Position numbers and translations under genes: made by a program. Below are positions 31,609-40,000 of a stretch of 64,000 nucleotides of DNA, one piece after another; position 1 is the first letter of the stretch, and every line of letters starts with the position of its first letter. Source of the stretch: Promethearchaeota archaeon (GTDB lineage Archaea > Asgardarchaeota > Lokiarchaeia > Sigyniarchaeales > SOKP01); contig JAUVNS010000010.1 in assembly GCA_030599585.1 (NCBI GenBank), forward strand, positions 1-64,000, given 5' to 3'. The notes beneath the pieces were generated by a model. That model made no database searches, was not told the origin of the DNA, and saw only the letters and a list, made by a program, of their open reading frames with translations.

Positions 31609-32775
31609 ATGTTGTTTCAAGAGATAAATGTATGGGCTATCGGTATTACAGTGACTTGTGCGATAATAGGGTTCTTATTTATAATTTTTATGGCTGCACG
31701 ATATCGAAAATTCAAAACAAACCAGTTTGTAATTCATTTGAGAAATGGTAAGGTCAAATCAGCAGGTCTCGGTGGTAGTATATGGTTATTACCCTTAATT
31801 GACGAATATATTGTTATTCCGACTACAAGTATACAAACGATCTTAGAGGCCCACGACCAGGTAGTGTCCAAGGAATACCAAAATATTGAATTCGTTGGCA
31901 TGATTATTTGGAAAGTCGTTGATCCTGAAAAGGCGTATAGTGCGGTTTCATGGAACTTGCGGGATGAAAACTATGTTGAAAAGATTTTAAAAGGAGCTGC
32001 CGAGGCAGTTATGAGAACAATATGTGCAAATATGCCACTTGAATTAATTATTAGAGAAAGAAGAGAGATGATTGATCATGTCATGAAAGATTTACACGAA
32101 TTATCGGCAGATTGGGGTATTTTAATCGAAACATTCGAAATATTGGAAGTTATAATCGTTGAGGCCGAATTAAAAAAGAACATGGAAGCTGTTAAGCAGG
32201 CAGTTGAGTATCAAAAAGCTAGAATTGCAAAAGCAGACGCAGAACGTGAATCAAAATTGCGAGAACTCGCAGTTCAGAACGAAACTGGTACTCAAGAGCA
32301 ATTAGTTCAGAGAGAAATTGAACTTGGGAGGAAAGATAAAGAAATCGCAATTGCTGAGAAAGAACGCGAGCGTAAAAAGATTGAAGCCGATGGTGAACGG
32401 CAAAGAGTTGTAATTGAAGCCGACGGTCAAGCTTATGCGATTAAGAAAAATTTAATTGCTCAAGCAGAAGGTGAGGCTGAAAGCATAAGACAACAAATGC
32501 TTGCACAAGCGGAAGGATTCCAAGAACAAGTAGATGCCATGAGCAACGCCGATCAAAGGTTCCTGGCAGTTCAATTAACTAACATTTTACCTGAGATATT
32601 TAAGCATTTAAGCCCTGATAAAATGTTCATTATGGGTAATGGAGACGAGGCGTTTAGCTCTCTTTCAAAAGCGATTTTGCCATTTCTGCAACTGTTGCCT
32701 GAATACTCTGATAAGATAAAGAATTTCTTAGGAAACGGAGATTTGAAGTCAAAAGTTAAAGAATTAATAGTCTAG
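31609..32775 (+). CDS. SPFH/band-7 flotillin-like protein
   Basis: N-terminal TM, SPFH domain, AE/EA-rich coiled coil (AQAEGEAE); GGAGG SD. Confidence 0.9.
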   Translation: MLFQEINVWAIGITVTCAIIGFLFIIFMAARYRKFKTNQFVIHLRNGKVKSAGLGGSIWLLPLIDEYIVIPTTSIQTILEAHDQVVSKEYQNIEFVGMIIWKVVDPEKAYSAVSWNLRDENYVEKILKGAAEAVMRTICANMPLELIIRERREMIDHVMKDLHELSADWGILIETFEILEVIIVEAELKKNMEAVKQAVEYQKARIAKADAERESKLRELAVQNETGTQEQLVQREIELGRKDKEIAIAEKERERKKIEADGERQRVVIEADGQAYAIKKNLIAQAEGEAESIRQQMLAQAEGFQEQVDAMSNADQRFLAVQLTNILPEIFKHLSPDKMFIMGNGDEAFSSLSKAILPFLQLLPEYSDKIKNFLGNGDLKSKVKELIV

Positions 32776-32922
32776 AAATAAGAGTAAATTATTTTTTTTT
32801 CATTAAAATATTTTTTTTTATTATTGTTAAAGCTAAATAAAACCTTAAAAAAATAACTAAGAACAAGAATTAAATATAAAATTTTTGAAGATAGTTATAA
32901 TTAGGAGTAAAGTGAATGAATT

Positions 32923-33870
32923 TTGAATGTAAAATTTGAAGATATAATCCAAAAGTTTGTAGAAGGTAATAAACAATATCAAGGGCAAATTTTACAAGAT
33001 GAGGAGTCTAATCAAATTGACGGTAAAATCCCTAGATATCCTGTTTTGATTCTCACTTGTATGGATCCAAGGATTGATGTATACCGAATATTTCAGCTAA
33101 AACTCGGAGATGCGTTTGTTTTAAGAAACGCTGGAAATGTCTATACTGAGGATGTTTTAAGATCTGTATTAGTTGCCATACATAAATATAACATTCAATA
33201 CATAGTAGTTCTAGGACATCTTGACTGCGGGATGAAAAAACTTCGTTTACAAGATCTGACGAATAAACTAACCGATTCTGCAATCAAAAAGATTGGAAAA
33301 TCTGGGACGAATTTTCATCTTGAGTTGCTGAAATTTTTCAAGGCTTTTACTGATGAAATTAAGAACATCGAGAATCAGGTTTATAAGTTTAGGAACGCAC
33401 GAGAGATTCCCACTGATATAAGAATCATGGGAATGCTATACGATCCCAATACAGGTTGGGTGTTCAGAAATGAAGAATTAAAAAGCTACTCAAATTATGA
33501 AGACTTTGCTAAGGATTATCGAAATATCTTACAAACTAAGAAATTTGAACTAATAGGTTATATCGAGAGTCACCAAGACGAAATTATTGGTGAAGGTGTC
33601 CTACAAGATGTAGAAAGGCTTATTGATATTGATGAAAATAGAAAAAATATACCACCTACAGAAATTACAAAAAATCAAGAATCTATTATCAACGAAAAGT
33701 TTGAAGAAATTCCGAATGAACCACCAATTATAAACAGTAATAAAATTGTCTCCAAGGGAGTTTACAGTGATTTAATTTCGATTCCAAAAATTAAAATTCC
33801 CAAAATATTCATACCAAAGATAAAAGTTCATGTTCCAGTTATATATAAGAAAAGCAAAGAGGACTTTTAA
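32923..33870 (+). CDS. Beta-class carbonic anhydrase with C-terminal extension
   Basis: CMDPR, RNAGN, GHLDCG zinc ligands. Confidence 0.9.
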   Translation: MNVKFEDIIQKFVEGNKQYQGQILQDEESNQIDGKIPRYPVLILTCMDPRIDVYRIFQLKLGDAFVLRNAGNVYTEDVLRSVLVAIHKYNIQYIVVLGHLDCGMKKLRLQDLTNKLTDSAIKKIGKSGTNFHLELLKFFKAFTDEIKNIENQVYKFRNAREIPTDIRIMGMLYDPNTGWVFRNEELKSYSNYEDFAKDYRNILQTKKFELIGYIESHQDEIIGEGVLQDVERLIDIDENRKNIPPTEITKNQESIINEKFEEIPNEPPIINSNKIVSKGVYSDLISIPKIKIPKIFIPKIKVHVPVIYKKSKEDF

Positions 33871-34143
33871 CAAATCTTTTAACTTATAACTCTTAAGATT
33901 TTATGATTTCTTTAGCTTTATTAATAATATTTAAATATTTACAAACTAAGAAAAAAATCAAAATTGCTAATTATCTTATTCTTTTATAGGAACTAACAAG
34001 CCAAAATTTTTAATTTAGAATTAATCTCCAAAAACTAATTACTTTATTTTACAATTTCAATTCTATTGTTTTTATATTGAACTATTGAAAAGAAAAACTA
34101 AAAAAAAAAGATTTAAAAATTTAATCCAAATACTGAATAACAG

Positions 34144-34434
34144 CTATGTCTCTGGAACTTCAGTCAAATCTCCCCAAACTTCTATATTTCCCTCATAACC
34201 CTCAATTTTCCCATAGTTATTCAAGATAGTAGCCGCATCTGCTAGAGCTTCACCTACCTTTTCCCCGGTTACCTTAGTGAAGATCATTCCAACGATCCCT
34301 TTCTCAGAACCTGTATAAGCAAAAACAGTAGTTTCTCCAACAGAACCAGTCGGATTTTCAAGGCTTTGGAAAACTTTCGCAACTTCTTCTTGTTTATGCG
34401 AGGGATACCACCATCTCATAACAATATATACCAT
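34144..34434 (-). CDS. Small alpha/beta protein (paralog of 36271-36594)
   Basis: GAGG SD; pattern MV....(W/F)P..K..EV...(Y)..IEG(Y/F). Confidence 0.7.
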   Translation of the reverse strand: MVYIVMRWWYPSHKQEEVAKVFQSLENPTGSVGETTVFAYTGSEKGIVGMIFTKVTGEKVGEALADAATILNNYGKIEGYEGNIEVWGDLTEVPET

Positions 34435-34524
34435 TTTAATAAACCTCTTTAATTTGAATTACACCAAAAATATTGACTTTGATGTAAATCATTATTGATG
34501 CTAATTAATATATAAATCTTTATT

Positions 34525-34544
34525 TTTTCAACTATTGTTGAAAA
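34525..34544. promoter_or_regulatory. Inverted repeat TTTTCAAC-N4-GTTGAAAA next to a TATA box
   Basis: Perfect 8-bp arms; TTTATATA on the - strand at 34509-34516. Confidence 0.4.
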
Positions 34545-34667
34545 TTGCAAACTCAAATTTTTTTATTTCTTATTAATTTCAGACTTTAACTTAGAAATGA
34601 GTAAGAAAATATTTAATTTAGAATTAATTTATAAAGTTAAAAATACGACAGAATTGGATTAAATTTT

Positions 34668-34791
34668 GCCTCCGTGGCTTAGGTCGGTAAAGCGTTGCCT
34701 TGGTATTCATATTAATGAACCAAACAGGCAAAGGCCGCGGGTTCAAAAGTGAGAAAATGTCTATTTTCCGCTGAAACTCCCGCCGGAGGCT
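34668..34791 (+). tRNA. tRNA-Thr(GGU) with two introns (37/38: 34706-34725; 59/60: 34748-34777)
   Basis: Acceptor GCCTCCG/CGGAGGC, U73, anticodon stem TTGCC/GGCAA, T-stem GCGGG/CCCGC; BHB-type motifs at both introns. Confidence 0.9.
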
Positions 34792-35880
34792 TAATTTTTT
34801 TCTTTTTTTTTAATCCAAGAACCATGGATTGGTATATTAATTCCCCATTTTGTGCAATATTTTTTTACTGTTTTACCAGATACACCAAATCTTTCTCCAA
34901 TTTTATATAAAGGCATAAGACTTGCCAATTCTTCAAGTTCTTGACTAGAGATTTTAAATTTTGTTCTATGTGATCCATTCCAAGCATTTTTTTTAATAGA
35001 TTCTATTCTCTCTTCTTCTGTCTTAAATCTATTTCTTTTTCTCGGAAGACTATCTTTATAATTATCTAACATCTCATTAAATAAGCAGGAACCTAATGCT
35101 AGCCTATAAGCAACACCATTGACTTCTCTTCCGTCTATTGGTCCTCCAGATCTAACAATTTCAATTTTATGGTTTATAAAAAATTTTTTATTTATTTGCT
35201 CAAGAAATATCTTACTTCCTGATGTTATTTTAGAAGTTTTTTGTGTGCCATCACCGTCAAAATAACCTAAAAGAAATGCTAATTTTAATTCTCTAGTCTT
35301 TAATTGAGGAAAATTAATGTTATTTGATTTTTCTTTACCAGGAATTAAACCATTACTAATTAGGGCTCTGATAATCTCTTTACAGCAAAAAGATATTCTG
35401 AACCTATTTTTTAAATTTTGTATATATTTTGGATTGACTCCAATATCTTTAATAAATCTGTCAATGATCCATAAATCTTTTATACCCGCATCAATACCAA
35501 CTCGATAAGGTACACCTTTATTAGTTTTAATAAATCCATCTGCAAAAAGAAATCCTAACCAGTATGCTTTATTCTTAGTATCAACTTTTTTGAAATAGTG
35601 TATGTCAATATTAGGATGATATTTAAAAATATTTTTAGATTCAATGTCTTCTTTTTTAAGTCTTAAATCATCCTTCGAAACATTTTCATTACATGGCTCA
35701 AAATCGTTTTCAAGGTTCATTTTGCTTAGAAAGGAGTCTTCATCACGAAGTATAATAATATTACTAATTAAATCACATTCTATATTATGGGGCGTTGGCT
35801 AATATTAGGATAATTTATCTAAAATATCTAGACACTCCGAATATTTTCAATAAATTGTTATGAGTTAAGCCCGGAGGCTT
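34783..35880 (-). mobile_element. ~1.1-kb LAGLIDADG-encoding insert bounded by the 10-bp direct repeat CCGGAGGCTT of the tRNA 3' end
   Basis: CCGGAGGCTT at 34783-34792 and 35871-35880. Confidence 0.6.
34791..35720 (-). CDS. Free-standing double-motif LAGLIDADG endonuclease with C-terminal HTH
   Basis: AYWLGFLFADG and AFLLGYFDGDG; LYKIGERFGVSGKTVKKY HTH. Confidence 0.85.
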   Translation of the reverse strand: MNLENDFEPCNENVSKDDLRLKKEDIESKNIFKYHPNIDIHYFKKVDTKNKAYWLGFLFADGFIKTNKGVPYRVGIDAGIKDLWIIDRFIKDIGVNPKYIQNLKNRFRISFCCKEIIRALISNGLIPGKEKSNNINFPQLKTRELKLAFLLGYFDGDGTQKTSKITSGSKIFLEQINKKFFINHKIEIVRSGGPIDGREVNGVAYRLALGSCLFNEMLDNYKDSLPRKRNRFKTEEERIESIKKNAWNGSHRTKFKISSQELEELASLMPLYKIGERFGVSGKTVKKYCTKWGINIPIHGSWIKKKEKN

Positions 35881-35968
35881 TCTTATTTCTTTTTACTTCT
35901 GATAAAACAAAAAACATAATAATAATTTTAAATTAGATTAATAGTTAATAATAAAATATATTTAATTT

Positions 35969-36106
35969 GCCGGTGTGGCTTAGCTGGTTATAAAACATTC
36001 GTATTAAATGTTTGTTTAATAAGCGCCAGACTCATAATCCTACTGAAAAAATGGGTCAGACTGGATGTAATCTGGAGGTTCGTGGGCTCATATCCCACCA
36101 CCGGCA
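35969..36106 (+). tRNA. tRNA-Met(CAU), elongator-type, with two introns (D-arm ~35993-36022; 37/38: 36037-36069); atypical T-loop, possibly a pseudo-tRNA
   Basis: Acceptor GCCGGTG/CACCGGC, A73, anticodon stem CCAGA/TCTGG, T-stem GTGGG/CCCAC with loop CTCATAT. Confidence 0.75.
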
Positions 36107-36270
36107 TTTTTTCTATTTTGAATCAAAATTTCAAATAAATTGTATTAAATTTCTTTAAAAAAAAAACCATTTTTTTTATTTGACAAATAAGTATAAATTT
36201 TTAAATGATTTTATCCTACTACTCATCACCTTTAAATCCAATTAAAAAATGTCAAATAGAGGTGAAAAGT

Positions 36271-36594
36271 ATGGTTTTAGTTTTAACTACCACACGGTTT
36301 CCCGTAAATAAGGGAAGAGAAGTTAGCGAAAGATATATTGCAGTAGAGAAAGAATTTCCTCCTGATAGATCTTTATCGAAGGTGATTTTACGATTAGCAG
36401 CTCGAATAGATGGAGATGAAATAGAAGGCATAGGATTATCAGAAGTCAAAGAAGGCAAGTACGAAGAATTTTTAAAACGGATGATGAAGATGACATTAAA
36501 GTATGCAGATATCGAAGGATTTTCATCTAAAAGCGAAGTCTTCCTATCAGGGGTAGATGCATTACCAATGGTAGGTCTTGAGATGCCAGAATAA
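36271..36594 (+). CDS. Small alpha/beta protein (paralog of 34144-34434)
   Basis: GAGGTG SD before ATG 36271 (track start 36205 is probably too far upstream). Confidence 0.7.
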   Translation: MVLVLTTTRFPVNKGREVSERYIAVEKEFPPDRSLSKVILRLAARIDGDEIEGIGLSEVKEGKYEEFLKRMMKMTLKYADIEGFSSKSEVFLSGVDALPMVGLEMPE

Positions 36595-36698
36595 CCTTAT
36601 TTTATTTAACTAGGGTAGAAATAATTTTAAACTACTTTTTTTTTATTTTAAACAAAACCTAAAATGTTTTTTAGCTCATTATCTTAAACTTAATTGTT

Positions 36699-38264
36699 AT
36701 GGAAAGATTTATATCAAAAAAAATTTCTTCCGATGAATTATCGATATTAGATAATAACTCAGAATGGTTAGGAATTCCAAAAAGCCATTTGATGGAATGT
36801 GCTGGGTATACATTTGCTACAGAAATTATGGCTCAAGGATTATTGAAGGAAAATTCAAAAGTAGCTATTTTTTGTGGAACAGGGAATAATGGTGGAGATG
36901 GTTTTGTAGTAGCTCGACATTTATCTTCCTACGGAGTGAAAACTTTAGTAATATTAGTTGGAACACCTGATAAAATAAGAACGGAAGAAGCTCAACTTAA
37001 TTGGGACATCATCTTTAGTAATCTAACCTACTCAATTCAGATAACCTTTATTAAAGATTCGACAGACGCAGAAGTCATCAAAAAGATTATAGAAAAGGAT
37101 TTAAGCTACTCTCTAATTGTAGATGCTTTATTAGGTACAGGAATAAAAGGCCAACTGAGGGAACCAATTTCTTCCACAATAGATACGATAAACAGTATTA
37201 GAGAAAAAGAAAAAGAGCGAATTAAAATTGCTTCAATAGATGTGCCTTCAGGAGTAGATCCAGATACTGGAAAAATTCCCGATAAAGCTGTCAATACCGA
37301 TTTAGTTATTACCTTCCACAGAATTAAAAAAGGATTGAAAAAAACAGGAAAATATCAAATAATCGAAAAATCTATTGGTATTCCCCCTGAAGCGAGCATA
37401 TTTGTCGGGAAAGGCGATTTGCTATCGAACTTAAAATTAAGAACCGCCGACACACATAAGGGAGAATTCGGTAGAGTTTTAGTAATTGGTGGTTCAAAGA
37501 ATTATTCCGGAGCCCCAGCGTACGCGTCCTTAGCATGCATTCATTTCGGGTGTGACTTGGTTATTAGCTATGTTCCGGAAGTTGTCGGAGATGTCATCCG
37601 TAGTTATTCACCGGACATGATTGTACGGACGAGCCCTGGAAAATGGTTATCAACAAAAGCTTTAGAAGAAATTCTATGGTTAATAGATTGGGCAAATGCA
37701 ATTATTATAGGTCCTGGCTTAGGAACAGATCCATCAACAGAAGAGCTTTTAGTAAAAATATTAGAAGGCAATAATATTGGTGAAAAATCTTTAGTTATCG
37801 ATGCTGATGCCTTAAAACTAGTTAAACCACACCTAGACTTGATTAAAGGAAAAAAAGTTATACTTACGCCTCACGAGGGAGAACTTAAAATTATTACAGA
37901 TTCCGATTTATCTCCCTTTGATAAAATAGAAAAAAGAGGAATAGAAGTTTTTAACATAGCAAAAAAGCTGGACGTTACCTTATTAGCTAAGGGACCGTTC
38001 GACTATATAAGCAACGGGATTATGCTTAAGATAAACAAAACTGGATGCCCTGAAATGTCAATCGGGGGCACAGGCGACGTACTTGCAGGCTTATGCGCCA
38101 GTTTTTTGACAACTGGAAGCAACCCATATCAGGCTGCTTATTCTGCCGCTTTCCTCAATGGATACTTAGGAGAATATTGCAAAAAAACAATCGGCCCTAG
38201 ATTTACGGCAATGGATATGATAAATAACATTAATAACGGAATTTTGAGTTTACAAAATTATTAA
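36699..38264 (+). CDS. nnr: Bifunctional NAD(P)HX epimerase/dehydratase
   Basis: LMECAG, GTGNNGGDG, DALLGTG, DVPSG, HKGEFG, TPHEGE, GGTGDVLAG. Confidence 0.95.
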   Translation: MERFISKKISSDELSILDNNSEWLGIPKSHLMECAGYTFATEIMAQGLLKENSKVAIFCGTGNNGGDGFVVARHLSSYGVKTLVILVGTPDKIRTEEAQLNWDIIFSNLTYSIQITFIKDSTDAEVIKKIIEKDLSYSLIVDALLGTGIKGQLREPISSTIDTINSIREKEKERIKIASIDVPSGVDPDTGKIPDKAVNTDLVITFHRIKKGLKKTGKYQIIEKSIGIPPEASIFVGKGDLLSNLKLRTADTHKGEFGRVLVIGGSKNYSGAPAYASLACIHFGCDLVISYVPEVVGDVIRSYSPDMIVRTSPGKWLSTKALEEILWLIDWANAIIIGPGLGTDPSTEELLVKILEGNNIGEKSLVIDADALKLVKPHLDLIKGKKVILTPHEGELKIITDSDLSPFDKIEKRGIEVFNIAKKLDVTLLAKGPFDYISNGIMLKINKTGCPEMSIGGTGDVLAGLCASFLTTGSNPYQAAYSAAFLNGYLGEYCKKTIGPRFTAMDMINNINNGILSLQNY

Positions 38265-38401
38265 AATTTCTTTGTCAAATGACAACTATATAAGGGTATA
38301 TACCTTGTTTTCTGCAAATTATTTTTTAATAAAAGTTTATTAACACCTAATTTATTATTATAGTATAAATTTATTGTCCTTATTACAACACAGAAAATTA
38401 G

Positions 38402-39265
38402 TTGGTTGAGAGTATATTGGGAACGCAAGTATTCAAGATATTACCAGATGGCAACACAGAAGAAATCAAAACAGAAGGTCCTATAAAAGATATTCTTAAA
38501 GGGGAAGAATGTTACATATTAGTCTCTGACGAGTACCGTAAAGTTTATTTGTGGAAGGGAGTTAACAGTAATGTAAGATCTAAATTTATTGGTGCTAAAA
38601 GGAGTCAAGACATACGTGGGCAAGTAGGCATGCACTTTGGCGTAGTACCCCTTGACGAAGGCGAGGAAGATCCTGACTTTTTAAAACTTATTGGTGGAAA
38701 AACCGAAGGTGGGATCGCTAAAGAGATTCAAATGGAAATTAGCACCGCAAAAGTAAGCGCACCATCTGTACATCCTTTGAGAGATAAAGATCCGTTCGGT
38801 GTACCAAAACCCGCAGCAGGTATGAACATTGCGGGCTCCAAGGATAGACGCTCTCAAAATAACGGTCCCTTGTATACTGGCAAAGAATCGTTCGCAGCAT
38901 TATCTCAAGAAGAAACTCACGTCAATTTTGACGAAATAATGCAAAAACTAGAAGAAATTAAAATTCCAGATGGGTTCGAAAGAGAATTGATTATTATTGG
39001 GGACCACGCCTATTCTGTTGTTGAAAAAGTTCAAAATTTTTTAGGGAAAAAACAAGTCTCCAAAGAAATTTCCAAGGTTGGAGCTATCCCAGAAGGAGTC
39101 TTTTTTGCCGAGGAATATTGTCCTAGAATTTTATCAGAAAATGGTAAGATTTTAGCAATAGAATTTCTTAAACGGACAAGTGGTCCAATAGACGCAAAGG
39201 TAGAGTTCAAATCTAAGAAAGAAATCTTAAAAGATCAGATTAAAACTCAGTTAGAATATAAATAA
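38402..39265 (+). CDS. Single gelsolin-domain protein with additional C-terminal domain
   Basis: ECYILV...VYLWKGVNS...DEGEEDPDFLKL gelsolin core. Confidence 0.8.
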   Translation: MVESILGTQVFKILPDGNTEEIKTEGPIKDILKGEECYILVSDEYRKVYLWKGVNSNVRSKFIGAKRSQDIRGQVGMHFGVVPLDEGEEDPDFLKLIGGKTEGGIAKEIQMEISTAKVSAPSVHPLRDKDPFGVPKPAAGMNIAGSKDRRSQNNGPLYTGKESFAALSQEETHVNFDEIMQKLEEIKIPDGFERELIIIGDHAYSVVEKVQNFLGKKQVSKEISKVGAIPEGVFFAEEYCPRILSENGKILAIEFLKRTSGPIDAKVEFKSKKEILKDQIKTQLEYK

Positions 39266-39370
39266 TCTATATATTTCTACCTATTTCATTCAATTGCTAT
39301 TTTTATTAAAATTCTTAAATAAAATTAACTATTAAGAATTATCTTCTGAATTAGTCGCTTGTTTTAAATA

Positions 39371-39432
39371 AAACGATCATTCTAAAAATATGGTATCTTA
39401 AACGATCATTCTAAATATGGAAAATCTTAAAC
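39371..39432. repeat. Imperfect 29-bp tandem duplication (intergenic)
   Basis: aaacgatcattctaaa...atatgg...atctt twice, followed by aaac. Confidence 0.8.
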
Positions 39433-39546
39433 TTTAAATCGATTTAACCTAATATTTTTATAATATAAATATTTAAGTCCAAAAATTATATTTTATATTA
39501 ATAAATGAAGAATTAACACCTCAATCAAAAGCCAGAGATTATTTAA

Positions 39547-39936
39547 ATGAGCGATTTAACTCAAGACCAAGCCCATAGTCTTTCTAAATTTCTTGGAAAT
39601 ATTACAGAACACACCGAATTAGAAGCACTTGCATTAGTTACGAACGAAGGTCTACGACTTGCTTTTTCATGTATACCGGATTACGATGTAGACCCCGATT
39701 TATTTTCAAGTTTAAGCGCTGTAGTAATGCAGAGTGGGCATGATGCGATCGATTCTTTAGGATATAACAATTTATTAGAAGTGGTTTTAAGGGGAAGTAA
39801 TGCCTTTATTATCTTAAGTGGAGCTGGAAGATTCTTTTTAATGGGTGCTAGTAGAAAGATCGAAGATTTGGGCAAAATTGTTACCGTTTTTCGCTATTAC
39901 GCTGGCGAAATCGGAAGTAGGTATCCAATTCAATAG
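39547..39936 (+). other. Roadblock/LC7 domain protein
   Basis: LEALALVTNEGL...DPDLFSSLSAVV...LLEVVLRGSNAFIIL. Confidence 0.85.
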
Positions 39937-40000
39937 TTTCTGAGCAGATTTTTCAAAAATTATATTTATTACGATAAAAACATATTGATAATGATTATTT

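Noticed and set aside
39371-39432. Possible mini-CRISPR
   Set aside because: Copies are adjacent with no spacer, and there are no cas genes in the window
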